Assembly: GCF_001194135.2 (NCBI RefSeq)
Contig: NC_068985.1
Coordinates: 37,954,641 to 38,011,525 of the forward strand
Direction of reading: 5' to 3'
Source of the DNA: Octopus bimaculoides
Lineage: Eukaryota
DNA length: 56,885 nucleotides
Part shown: positions 22,710 through 36,484 of the stretch, one piece after another
Layout: the number at the start of each line of letters is the position of its first letter
Numbering within the stretch: position 1 is the first letter of the stretch
The notes under the pieces: model-generated
What the model was told of the DNA's origin: nothing
What the model saw: the letters and a program-made list of their open reading frames with translations, nothing else
Database searches by the model: none
Program-made: the position numbers and the translations under genes

Positions 22710-24149
22710 NNNNNNNNNNNNNNNNNNNNNNNNNNNNNNNNNNNNNNNNNNNNNNNNNNNNNNNNNNNNNNNNNNNNNNNNNNNNNNNNNNNNNNNNNNN
22801 NNNNNNNNNNNNNNNNNNNNNNNNNNNNNNNNNNNNNNNNNNNNNNNNNNNNNNNNNNNNNNNNNNNNNNNNNNNNNNNNNNNNNNNNNNNNNNNNNNNN
22901 NNNNNNNNNNNNNNNNNNNNNNNNNNNNNNNNNNNNNNNNNNNNNNNNNNNNNNNNNNNNNNNNNNNNNNNNNNNNNNNNNNNNNNNNNNNNNNNNNNNN
23001 NNNNNNNNNNNNNNNNNNNNNNNNNNNNNNNNNNNNNNNNNNNNNNNNNNNNNNNNNNNNNNNNNNNNNNNNNNNNNNNNNNNNNNNNNNNNNNNNNNNN
23101 NNNNNNCACACACACACACACACACACACACTCTCTCTCTCTCTCTCACACACACAAACACACTCTCTCTCTCTTTAACTTTATCGTCTACCTTCTTTCA
23201 TTTTCCTTGTCTTCTCTTCATTCTTGTCTTGTACAAATTCTTTATTACTGAAGTAACGCTTATCTGTTTTGTTTTTCTTTCCTCTGTAGAATCACCTTCT
23301 TTTCTTCCTTTCCTCATATTTCGTTCACCTCACACTTTTTCCACTTATATTTTCCTTTCATCTCACGCTCTTAATGATTTAATCTTTAGTTTTTAGTTCA
23401 TTCATGCATTTCTTCTTTCCGCTCATCTCTGCATTTGCTCTTCACGTTCCTCTCGTGGTAATTGTTTTAAGCTCTAAATGTTTTAGGTCTTTTTTCATTC
23501 TATGAAGACATAAATTAAATGTGCACGTACCCCACCCCAGTGTAATTGTTGGAATGACGCACACGTGGACACCCTCACCTCACATATACATGTGGACACT
23601 CCCTCACGAACCACACACATACATACACACACATACGCACATACATACATGCAAACATACGAAGTCAGTAGTGACATTTTTGTATGTTTTGTGTATCTGA
23701 AAGAACTAGAGTGACTGGTTTCGTGTCTTATTCTGCTTATTCCCTAATATTTAGATCATAAACTCCAACTTAAGTTGAACGTATTCGTGCCTCTGCAAGG
23801 CCTCAAGTATGCTGTGTACATGGTTCTTTCGATTTTTGAAGTAGTCTAACATGTCCTATGAATTAAATATCTGACAACTAAGTTTTCTGTTTCATACTCA
23901 GCACTGTACCTGTTATGCTATTTGTCAGAAGAATAATCTAACATAATGTATATCTTAAGGGAAGATTCGACATGTTATGTATTCTCCGATGTCTAATTTG
24001 ATGTAAATACTTTACTAGAATGAACGTCCTAGGTACTATACACATTTTCTTGAATCTTTAAAGACTATAAATCTGGAGTAGTCTACCGACACGGAAAACC
24101 AGATGGCTCAAATAATCGTGTGCTACATGTAAGAGTAGTACACGTATCG

Positions 24150-24420
24150 ATCGGAAATATCAAAGAGCGATATTATGAATATTAAGATGAGACTTTCATT
24201 TATGTACCTATAACATCTGGAGAATCATATTACAACCGGAAACAAAAAAATTGTGAGTGCTAGACGTGAATTGATTAAATTTCTTGGTGGTACAATTGAC
24301 CAGTAATTAAAATGCTTAGGAACGAAAACTTACTATGTAAAGTAATGAAATATTTTACAGGAGTACAATAATCCAGGTATATGTTCTTCTGGATATATTT
24401 TAGTTATAAGAAGATTGAGT
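24150..24420 (+). pseudogene. Possible L2/CR1-type reverse transcriptase relic
   Basis: 24274-24312 reads IKFLGGTIDQ*LK, resembling KFLGV.ID..L.W. Only this one motif is clear. Confidence 0.35.
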
Positions 24421-25255
24421 TTCATTACAGTCTTCATTGCTTTTAATCCGTTCCATCAACGTATTGATCAAAATTTGTATAGCATGAAATTTAGTTTCGT
24501 GCTTTAAACATTTTCTTCAATAGGTAGTAACAAATTAAAACTGAGGCACAATTTCAAAATCTATAAGAGAAATCGTATCTTTTTGTAATTCATAATAGCT
24601 TTTGGGTTTCAGTAAAGATAAACTGTTCGCTCTCAAACTGACTGGGATCCTCAGCTCTATAGCAGCCAACTATGGCAGTTCTCAAAGTCACAAACTGTAG
24701 CCACTACTACTAAAAACAATAAGCTCTTTTACATCTCCACTCTTTATTAATGAGAATACTGAACAGACCTTAAATAGAAGGGATTATCCTTTATTCGCTT
24801 TGGTGGTGGGCAAATTTATAAAACTGAAGCTACAACATACAATATCGTGCTAATTTGTCCACACCCTTTTCAGTTGAAATAATGCCCCTATGAGAAGCCA
24901 TGTTCTATGGTACTGGCACTTAACTATTATGATATTGATTTCTTGGTTAGGTAGAACCATTGTTCAAAGAGTAAAGAATAGAACTTTGGATAAAAATAAC
25001 CGCGTTGTAGTTTTTGTTTTGGTGGGATGATAACAAAAGTTATTGCATGAGGAATTTGAAATCGGAAGGTATAGAAATTTGGCTCTAATTAATAGTATTT
25101 AGATCGCTTTACTACGTATTTATGAAACAGATTTCTGAATTAAATGAAGCGATTTGAAGTGATTTGTCTCTCGTTTCTGCTAAATCGTGGACAGAAAAAC
25201 GACAAAATGTTCAACGCAGACAGAGAAAGCTACTTATACACCACCACAGACACAT

Positions 25256-25319
25256 AGATCAACACACATGTTCAGATCAACACACATGTTCAGATCAACA
25301 AAGATCGAGCAGATCAACG
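25256..25319. repeat. 18-bp tandem repeat (AGATCAACACACATGTTC x2) with further AGATC copies
   Basis: Direct reading. Confidence 0.9.
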
Positions 25320-25677
25320 TATAGTCAAAGACAGTCCAAAGCGGGCAATCACTTTCTGGGTAATTATTTAGCACTAATTTCCGAATTTAAGGCAATGCTG
25401 ACTGAATTTGGGCTGCTATTTATTGCAATTCGAGCATTCATATAGTCACCTTCAGCTCATATGCATAAATACACATGTGCAATAACAAATTTTAAATTGT
25501 GTCGAACAATTGAAAGAGGAGTGCCCAGTATATGTTGTAGAGTAAATGGCTTATTGAAACTGATTACTTATACACGATTCAAGTTGCATGTCTCTGTAAG
25601 GTACAAAGGTTCTCGCTTTTAAGATCGACGTGGCGTGAAATTCGAACTGCGAGAGAAATACTGAGTTTCAATAATTA

Positions 25678-25708
<31 letters not shown>

Positions 25709-26026
25709 GTATTTATGAGAGTGAGAGAGAGAGAGAGAGAAGGAAAGAAAGAAAGAAAGAAAGAGCTGGACATATAAGTGGGTAGAGGGATAAATTGAAG
25801 TCAAAGCATAACAGCGACCAGACCAAATAATTTTCAGAGACATAATAGAAAAACATGTTCAGGTTTCACTTTTTTTCATATACAGTGACAAGTAATGTCA
25901 TCCTGACCGGATTTATTTCCAAATATAAATCCGCGGAAGAAATTCATACATGCACACGTACGTAAATACATACATACATACATGCATACATACATACATA
26001 CACACATACATACATATACAGGAGTT

Positions 26027-26059
<33 letters not shown>

Positions 26060-26074
26060 GAGTTTGTATATGTA

Positions 26075-26118
<44 letters not shown>

Positions 26119-26779
26119 AAGTTCAAATCCTATTACCAGCTGTTGTTTCTATTTAATCGACTTAACTGGCGCCAGGATGCCAGTTGGAGCCTTGAACGTT
26201 GTTGAAATATCCAGCGAATTTTCAACAGTAAATGCCCTTAGATCATTGGCAGCGACCATAAAAATAGCGCTTGAGTTGTAAGGTTCACGCACTGTGATAG
26301 CAAGCAGCCAGTAAATATATGACGGAATGAGTCCTCTTAGTATTTTAGTATGTTGATAAGTAAGGTCAGACCAATTTGCTAAACTGGGGTTAAGTTACAA
26401 AATATTCAATTTATTTACTTATATACATGCTATATCTTACCATACGAATACGCGCACTCACACACAGATAGACACACACGCACAGGGACAGAGGGAAATA
26501 AACTCTTATACACAAACGAAGGGAATAAAATGAAGGAAATATATGAAAATACGTGTGTGTGCGCGCGCGTACAACCTGGGTGTTTACACACACATATGTG
26601 TGAGAGAGAAAATATGTGTCAAGTATGAGTGTGTGTGAGGCGTATACAGATGGGTGTATATTTCGCTCAACGTATACGTATATATACATATATATGAGTG
26701 CACTGTTTATGTACGTGTAGGGCGTGTGTTTATATCAATTACGATACTCACATGCAAATATATAGGATGGTTCAGAAAT

Positions 26780-26900
26780 TTCTATACGTGAGGTTGTGGG
26801 TTCGATTCGTATACCGGGTAACGCGTTCTGACATTGAACAAAGCACATAAATTAATTCACGTCCAGTCAATCCAGATATGATAAATACTAGTTGGACGCC
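26780..26900 (+). mobile_element. Degenerate tRNA/CORE-type SINE fragment
   Basis: gaggttgtgggttcgattc (B-box-like), then cattgaacaaagcacat...gtccagtcaatccagat, similar to 12420-12520. Confidence 0.5.
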
Positions 26901-28575
26901 ACAATAGACTACTCTCCACTTAGTTGTCATTTCCATGGTGTGTCGTTGGGTCATGTGAAAACCAAGATTGTGTCTATTACTTCTCATGGCTACACAGGCA
27001 CCTAAAAACATCAGCGAAAGCATGGTACATGCTACCAATTAATTGTCGATTCCTGACGACATATATAAACGTGTGTGTGTGTATATTTATTTGCCTCGTA
27101 TCTAGTCTTTCTCATTCGCAAAATGAGCCCCACTTAATTTTACTCAGATTGCTTTCAATTTCGGTGTATCGAAGCAACTCTGAATTTTGATTACGATCAA
27201 CCAATTACTTTATCTCGTAAATTAAAGAACCTGATGTTATTTGGAATTAAAGTTGGGAAATTTAGGTAACTTTAGCCAATTAACAGACAACGTGGCATTA
27301 ACAGTTTGTCACCATGACAACCGCACAATGTGTTGTGGCTCACTGTCGTCTGTGCCGCCGTTGTCTATGTTGATTTTTCACACTTGATTCGCCACACCAC
27401 GAAATTCTTTTCACCCGCGTGTTTTGTTTTAATTTTTCTGTGTGTTAGTATAATGCATATTTTTCTGTGTTTCTGAGTGTTAGTATTTTTTTTCTGTGTG
27501 TTAGTATATTTTCATATTTTTCATTTCATATATTTTTGGGACTCAGTGACTCAGACAGCTGGATTCACTAGGTTAATTCTGTTCATAATAATTTAAATTA
27601 GGAGTATTTCTTAAACCGTTAGCTTCACATTCCAACAGCTTAACTGAAATTTAGCCCACGTAATAGGAACTGAGAGGGATATCATGGAACAGAGAAACTG
27701 TGGGTGATACAGATAGTTTCACATTATTTTTGAATTCTGCATGCAAAAAAGTATAAGATACAGGTATTCTCTTCCTTGGGATAAATTCTTTGTTGATCAG
27801 TGTTATTCTTATCGAAGTTTACAAATCCAACCATGAAAACGTTACTCATCTTTGAAATTTTGGAGACAGACACACTCACACACACTCACACGCACACTTA
27901 TATTATTAACGATGTACACAAATACTTTACAAATATACATTAGACTGAAATACGCATAAAGTAAACACATGCAGACAAATATATTAATATAACAAATTAA
28001 AATAATAATTTAAAAAATCCAATCAATGAAGAGACAAAAGAAACAGTAAGATGATATATGTTGATTGTATTAGGTATTTCTGTTTATTTAGAAACCAACA
28101 ATGAACAGGTCAGACGCTGATCTATAAATTTCATAGGGTACAACCATAAAGTTGACACCGCTCCGCTAAACGCCGAAAATTTCTGTCTCTCTATGGTCTA
28201 AAAATACACAATTTTTTGATTTTTAAACTTCTGTAACATTTTACTCCAATTTTTTTTTTCTCCACATCAAACCTTCAAAGTAATGAGACTGGAAGACTAC
28301 ATAATTATAGTCGATTTTCAGATTGTTTTGCTTCCTTTTAAGAAATGTATATTTTGCGAATGAAACGAGCTGGATCCTTTTGTCACTTTGTGTTTGAGAT
28401 GTATTCGTTCCCACAAGCACTTAACATCTGCTGTCGGTGTGTTGACATACCTATAACCAAGCAAACAGAGACTGATGGCTTAAAAAATAAGAACTGGGCT
28501 CGATTTGTTCGATTAAACTCATCAAGGCGGTGCACCAGCAAACGTATATGCATATATATATATATGTATGTATAT

Positions 28576-28630
28576 CTTTTTTCTTTTACTTGTTTCAGTC
28601 ATTAGACTGAGGTCATACTGGGGTACCGCC
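28576..28630 (-). mobile_element. SINE family A 3'-terminal fragment
   Basis: cttttacttgtttcagtcattagactgaggtcatactggggtaccgcc, followed by a (TATG)n/(TG)n array. Confidence 0.75.
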
Positions 28631-29357
28631 TATGTATGTGTGTATGCATGTATGTATGTATGTATGTATGTATGTATGTATGTATGTATGTATGTGTGTG
28701 TGCGTGTGTGTGTGTGTATGTATGTATATATGTGTACTTGTACAAAAGCACTTATATTGTGCCATTTTTAATACAATGAATATTCTCTCATCTTTTGACA
28801 TGACATTTTTCTGAAATACATAAAACAATATACATATAAAAAACGCGTCTTTTAAGACAATGAATATTATCTCGCTTTTCTATAATGACATATTTCTATT
28901 CTGTATAAAACAATATCTATTATCAAAAGCCATTGACAGCAAAATAGAAAAGATTATTACTGAATAATATATGAAAAGAAAACTATCGTTAAACGAAGTA
29001 TATATATATATATATATTTATTATGAGACATTTTAATAATCCTGTATAGTTTTGATGTCACGTACTCATTTTTCTATAGCTACGGTGGATACACGAACAG
29101 CACACATATATTGTTAATCCTAATTTTCTTGCTATTTATACGCATGTTTATATAATGACATATTAAATATATTTAAATGTATACGTTTTCATACGTATGT
29201 ACAGTCAGGTATACTCTTTCACTCGTCTGAAAGATAAAATAATTGGTAGGTAGATGGATGTAAGTACATAGACGGAAAAAGAGACAGGCATAGATGGATG
29301 GATGTACGGATAGGTACATCTTGAAGTGGGGTGCAGTACTCCACTGTTTCGTAACCA

Positions 29358-29434
<77 letters not shown>

Positions 29435-29458
29435 CCTGTCTGTCTGTCTGTCTGTCTG
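29358..29458. repeat. (ATCT)n then (GTCT)n tetranucleotide microsatellite
   Basis: Direct reading. Confidence 0.95.
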
Positions 29459-29771
29459 ATTTTTGATCGAAAAGGTTGACTGTGACTTCAAAGTCGCGGT
29501 TAAACTTCATTTCCTTGTAGAACTTGTATGGATGTGATACTTCAATTAAAGAGTATATATATANNNNNNNNNNNNNNNNNNNNNNNNNNNNNNNNNNNNN
29601 NNNNNNNNNNNNNNNNNNNNNNNNNNNNNNNNNNNNNNNNNNNNNNNNNNNNNNNNNNNNNNNNNNNNNNNNNNNNNNNNNNNNNNNNNNNNNNNNNNNN
29701 NNNNNNNNNNNNNNNNNNNNNNNNNNNNNNNNNNNNNNNNNNNNNNNNNNNNNNNNNNNNNNNNNNNNNNN

Positions 29772-29802
<31 letters not shown>

Positions 29803-30503
29803 CACAGAAGTAGTGAGCGAGTGAAACAGAGAGAAAAAGAGAGAGAGAGAGAGAATTACAGTAATGATGAAGAGGGTGAAGCAGATTTTGCTGAGGCCGG
29901 AGTTGAAGAAAAGTCATGAACCTATGACACACGCTGTCACAAAGCGTATAACAAACAGTCAGACAGCATTAACTATGAAGTATTTAAGGGGGTCTACTGT
30001 CCCAAGATTTAGGCTTCTCATATAAGTATAAACAACGAAAAACAAAAGCAAGAAAACAAGAACAAAAATAAAAGGAGACGGAAATACTATTATACGATTA
30101 AATACGATTAAATAATAACTGGAGTGAGCTGGCGACTCCAGCGAGAGTAGAAGTTGGTAAACGGGAGAAAGAATTTATAGTAACATTGTAGAGGGACATA
30201 AATAACCCGACTGAAAGAATTAGAAAGATGAGAAACGAAACTAAATTCACCGTGAAACAATGTGTTCTGCTCAGACGATTGGGCAAACGCGTTGTTAGAC
30301 TCACACATACGTACAAAGCACACACAGCGTACACACACTTAAGGAAACAAATGAGTACATTACAACACACGCTATTCCACGTACAACTTATGTTTATTTA
30401 TCACACACGCACAAAGCACACGCAGATACACACATGCTCTCACACGTACGCTTACGCTCACGCATATAAACGCACACATGCGTGTACTATGTATATGTGC
30501 TTA

Positions 30504-30544
<41 letters not shown>

Positions 30545-31289
30545 TTATTTACGCGCGCACACATATACTCGTGTGTGGTACATCTAGCTGCACGTGTGTT
30601 CGCTCAGCTGTGTGACATACACATCATGCATACATACAAGTATACATCCGTGTGTACAAGTTACATCTTACGCATGTTATCGAGTGTATTCTCCACTTCG
30701 CCTTCATGTTTTAAAGGTACTTTTATATACTTACAACTGTATAAGTTCAGTCGTCGTGAATTGTGTCAGTCTTCATTGCTCGTTTGCGCGAACTGTTGTG
30801 AACCGCCTTTTCAGTGTTCGAGTTCCAGGGATTTATTTGACGCTGCGCTTACTTCTCCCTTCGACCCATTATCCGACCTCTTTTTATCAGGCTCGACGGT
30901 ACGCTGTGTCCGCCGTCGTAGACCCGCCTTAATATTGCCTTTGTTTTTCGTTTGTGCTCGCCAGTACGGTATTCGAGCACTTTTCTCAAAGGGGTTCCTT
31001 GGTTTTTCTTGACACAGCTAAGAGATATGGATCGGGAAATGCAGCTCACCAATTCTTAATGATACAACAACTCTCACGTTTTTCTTTTTGTTTTATTAAA
31101 AAGAATCATTCGGTACGATTGCTTTCCTTTCTTCTACTATTTCTTAATACTTGAGGATGTAAGCCAAAATAAACTTCTAATTTATTGAAATTATGATCCT
31201 AATGAGGAAAAATGCTATCTCATATTAATGAAAATTGTCAGCAAGAATAAGCAATGGAGAGAACACCGAAATTTTAATAAAATAACATT

Positions 31290-31620
31290 TAAATGAAGAT
31301 GTCGAAGAGGGTTAGCAAGTTTGATCTTGCGCTGAAAATTCTTGGAATTCTTCAATATTACTTGAATCTCATCAGCAAGACGTATTCAGTTCTATCCTTG
31401 CGAAGATCTTAGAACGGCTAACAGACTTAGTTCTATGTGTGGAGAACAGTCAAAAGCAATTTAACGTTTCTCAAAGAGGCATTCTGCCTGAAGAACATAC
31501 AGTTACGTGCAGGTTACCATAAATACGTAGAGAACTGAAAATAGCTAATAGAAACCATAACTCCAATGAGAAACGAGCCTTCTGCGTTAAAAAAAAAACA
31601 TTCCCGGAAAGGCAAAGGGA
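31290..31620 (-). pseudogene. Possible highly decayed LINE reverse transcriptase fragment
   Basis: The minus strand gives AFDCS and, ~150 nt later, ..NLLTLFDIFI*, resembling AFD and QG.NLSP.LFNIFIND. It contains many stops. Confidence 0.3.
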
Positions 31621-32357
31621 GCTTATTCCTGAATTTCAATGATCTCAAAATTAAATGGAATTACACGGGAAAGTGCAGGCTAATCTTTGAGTAATTTAGA
31701 AAATTTTCTGCCATTATCTTAACTTGCCCTTTCAGTGAATGTTCTTGACAGACACATGCCAGCGCTTGAATCAAAATAAACTATCTCTATTAATCTCTCT
31801 GCAATTAAGTGAATTGTGTTACACTGAGAAGTCTCATAAGATAGAAACATGACTGCTAAAATTCAAACTCACTCTTCCTCCTCTATCTTCTTCAATAAAT
31901 TTTTGCTTAATTGACACCTCGGGAGTTCTTTTCCTTGTTTCTTGTGAATATAAATTTTCATTAGTGCTATGACATTTTTTTTCACGGGGGCTCTAATTTT
32001 AAATAATTAAAAATTATTTTCGGCTATTTCAAGTACGGTTGCTCACATTTATTACTATATTTTTTAACTATGTACTCGACCTAGAGATGAGACACATTGC
32101 GGGAAATTTCTTTAGATCTATCTATTTGTATATTATATATACATCTATCTATTTATATATGTATATATTATATAAATATATTTCCGAGTCGTTTTTAAAT
32201 CTGATCGGATTCATCATTGTCGACTCCCGGGGTATGATGCCGATGTGATAAATCCTATATTCATATATTCATTGGACAGAGACTTACGAAATTTCCATTA
32301 TGGCCTATCATCACAACCAAGAAACTATTAAAAGAAACTCATTAAGCAAGCCTATAA

Positions 32358-32572
32358 ATGTTCGCTCGACTTACTAGAAATAGTAACCAACTTTACCTCA
32401 AATGGTACTTTAAACAGCATCAAAAGATGAGAAGGAAACACTGACTACTGTAGTTTTATGTACACTATGCCCGACAAAAATGGCGGAAAGGTCAAAATTG
32501 GTATGTCTTTTATCGTAGGTATGGTTGAGAAGGGCTTACTTGGGGCTAAACAGCATCAATAATAGTAACAAC
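32358..32572 (+). mobile_element. Dispersed repeat family D (probable retroposon with (AAC)n-like tail)
   Basis: Blocks agaaatagtaaccaa..ctcaaat and ttggggctaaacagcatcaa recur at 42764-42900 (+), 47682-47880 (+), 47898-48080 (+), 41375-41500 (-), 1460-1530 (-) and 17290-17310. Confidence 0.55.
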
Positions 32573-34237
32573 AAAATGAAAATTAAAAAGAAACATCAGC
32601 TTATTTATTAACAGCAAGAACAACAACCAATGCAAATGAAATATTTAAGAAAACGGTCGATGGATACGAGAAGATAGTAAGATTGAAGTATGTTGGATAA
32701 CTGCTGTAGAATGTTAAATTGACAGTAATGTAAAAGATGTTGTTTGAACAGGGAACTCGGTCACCGTAGAAGAAGAAGAAGATGAGAAAAACAACAACAA
32801 AAGAACATATGAATGAATACATAAATAAATGTATAAATAAATATATGGAGAGAAGGAAGCAATTTCAGACAAGAGGAAAGAAGAATTGTCTGATTGTTGT
32901 TCTATTATTTTCGTTAATCTACTTTTCTTACGCAGAACTGGTGCCGCATTTATAGGAGAAAGTTAAATTAGATACTCTAGATCGAGTGGGTGCTGGCACT
33001 CAGATAACATCCTAAATCCTATACTCTCACTTTATTCTTAAATTTCAACGAATCTTTACCGTCATATATTCCCTACCCCAAGTATTATTTTCTGACTTTA
33101 TTTTTCATTGCCACAATGATGTGATGTATCAGATGTACTACTACATTATACTGTACCACCAGGACTGAAATGAAAAGTCGATGATGAAATGATGGGAACC
33201 CACAGGTGCACTCTCTTTGCCGCTATCTCTTGAAGAAACCTTTTCTTTTGTTCTTCGCGCAGCGCTTCTTTAAGTTCACTCGAAATAAATGAATAAATCC
33301 GAACATTCACGACAGTAGTTTACGAATTTCTTTGCCACAATTCATATCGTTTATTTCTATGCAATTACCTCCGTTATTTCGATAAACACTTTGTACCAGT
33401 ATCACCATCGTCACAGTTGTAAGAACTAAAATGACCATATACCCCACTACTATTACCACCACTATCACCAGAATTAATCACCACCACCATCAACAAAGAA
33501 CAATTTCACTGTTAACCATCAGCAGCTCCATCAGCCTCATAATTATCTGTTATTCTGTTTAACACTCTTCAGTGTCTACTTACATTCCAATTTCTTTTGA
33601 GTGGTCGATTATTTATTGATGTGTTATTAAGATGAATCTAACATGAAGTCTATAAAGAGTTTGTTAATATATATAGAAATTATTCATACATACAAATTAT
33701 GTTTTGTTAATGATTATCAATAATATATATATATAAAGATGATGGAAGCTGCTTATTTTATACTAATCGTGTCCATGAGAAGCTTTTACTTTCCATGAAG
33801 TCTTGAAAACTCTCCGGTACTAAAGTTTCGTGTATATAAAATTTCGTGTATATAAAACTGTTTATGATTTCAAGTCAATGAGTTTCCATGATTTTCAGCA
33901 ATTATATTGAGGAAGAAGTTTATTACCATAATATTTTAAAGGTTACTGTGTACGTTATGTAAGTATTTTCTAGCACACGACATTGCACGAAAAGGGATAA
34001 ATTCCTTCCCAAGCGAATCTGCAAATTGAATCAGTATCAAAAAGAAACAAATCGATATCTAGTTGAGATAAATCGATACTTAGATGAGCCAAACCTCTTG
34101 TGGTCGGTAAACTAAAGGAAAACAGATAAATAAATAGACTCAATATATTACTCTAAAAACGAAAGAGACTTGAAGCCGCCAAATCAGCAAGGTCACTGAT
34201 GACTGAGACTAAGAACAAAATGATTACATGTGCAATA

Positions 34238-34286
<49 letters not shown>

Positions 34287-34647
34287 GTCTCTCTCTCTCT
34301 CTCTCTCACTCTTACGCACAAATACACTCTACACACACACACAAACATACACATAGAGGCACGCACACACACACACTCGCGAATGTGTTATGGATGCTCT
34401 TCATATATGAACACACCTAAGCCAATCAAGTGTTCAGAAAAAATTTCTCATAAATGCTCGCATTTATACTGCATTTAAGCGCGTCTCTCACACACACGCA
34501 CGCGAAAGCACACCAACACGTGCATGCATGCAATTATCTATTAATATTCTACATCCATAAATAATCTTCATATGCACGTGTGTCAACTGATGTTTTAAGA
34601 CACAAGTACACAAAACATGTCCCAATATATTCACACATTATTGCCAT

Positions 34648-35035
34648 GCGCAGGAGTGGTAAGTAGTTTGCTTACGAACCACATGGTTCCGGGTGCATTC
34701 CCATTGCGTGGCAACTTGGGTTAGTGTCTTCTACTATAGCCTCGGGCCGACCAAAGCCTTGTGAGTGGATTTGGTAGACGGAAACTGAAAGAAGCCCGTC
34801 GTATATATGTATATATATATATATGTATGTATGTGTGTGCATATGTTTGTGTGTCTGTGTTTGTCCCCCAACCGATGGCGGTGTGTTTACGTCCCCGTAA
34901 CATAGCGGTTCAGCAAAAGAGACCGATAGAATAAGTACTAGGCTTCCAAAGAATAAGTCCTGGGGTCGATTTGCTCGACTAAATGCGGTGCTCCAGCATG
35001 GCCGCAGTCAGATGACTGAAACAAATAAAAGAGAG
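34648..35035 (+). mobile_element. SINE family A, near full length
   Basis: Nearly colinear with 42927-43321, with small deletions in the head and the post-microsatellite region. Confidence 0.92.
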
Positions 35036-36484
35036 TATGCATAAAATACGACTCTGAGCCTCTCCTTATAAACTTCTTTTCCCACCACTCTACTCAAAAT
35101 TCAGTCAATTTGATGATATCTACCTGTGTATGGGAATGCAATTGCGTATGCACTCGTGTTTTCGTAGGAAATTAAAATTTCGTTAACAAACTACTACATG
35201 TATAGATTGTATGCATACCGCAGCTGCTGGTGTAGATTAATGTAATCAGGTTTTCATTTCCACTTCCATAAGTGTCGAACAGTATTATTTTATGTACGTA
35301 TTCATAACTAATTAGTATAATTAGTATGTTTCCCTAGATGTATGTTATAACTTTCTAATATAAGTTTTACAGGCGCGCGCACACACATACACACACACAC
35401 ACATACACACACACANNNNNNNNNNACACACATACACACACACACACATACACACACACACTCTCTCTCTTTCTCTCTCACACATACATACATATATGCA
35501 CACACGCATGTACTCTTGACATCTCTATATGTTTGGGAAAACTACCTCAAAGTATGAAAGACGTACTGATTACAGCTCCACTGATAATTACTTTATGCTG
35601 CTGGGATATCTATCATGTTTCTTCTCTGTTTTGTATCCTTTTTTAATTTCGTTTCATCTGCAACGAGTATGTTTTAGGCCTTTTGCATATTCTATATACT
35701 GACAGATGAAGTTTTTTTTTCTAGTTAAACACTCATTCTAAGAGCGGGAGAAGACGGAAAAAGATTTATCATCTATGCTTAAGTTTAAAAATTTCAATAA
35801 AACAGTGTAATACTTTCACCCATTGAAGAACATTCTTCCGGCATTTTTAGATTCTTTAATAGATTAACGAAAACCTTTCAGAATGTAACATTCGTTTCAA
35901 AAAGGAAATCACATGCTGGTTTAGATATTGGAAAAAGCATATTTATGTCAAAATTGTTTATGTTTCTCTCAAAAATATTACATCCTCTTGCAGCTTTAGC
36001 GTTTCTCCAAAGCAGCTTTAGCGTTTCTCTAAAACCTTGTAAAAGGACAAAAATAAGATCGATAAAATGTTCTGATGTAGGAATGGCTATTTGTGCGTAA
36101 TGTTCAAATGTAATAATCCGAAAAAAAAAAAAAAAAAAGGAAATTGACTTGAATACTTTTTGAGGTCATAGATATAGCAACAGGAGAGATTTAGCAAACA
36201 ATATTTTGAGCCATTTAATTCACTATCAAGAAATAATTTAGAATTAGGTAAGCAAGATGTTTTAGGCAGATACTGAGGGGTAGGGAAGGACTGAAATAAT
36301 TTATTTATATTAGAAGTGAGAAAATAGTTAATATATTTCTTGAAATAGAAAAAAAAATATTAAAATTTCATTCCTAAATTGGAGGAGCAGTAGTGTATAA
36401 TATATATGTACACACACACACACACACACACACGTGTGTAGATATGTCTTTGTGTATATACCATTCTTTAACAACAGTATTGAC

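Noticed and set aside
25256-25319. CRISPR-like repeat array
   Set aside because: The repeats are directly adjacent with no unique spacers, and the context is a eukaryotic intron.
26150-26200. Hairpin AACTGGC..GCCAGTT as a microRNA precursor
   Set aside because: The stem is only 7 bp, far short of a pre-miRNA, and I recognise no known mature miRNA anywhere in the window.
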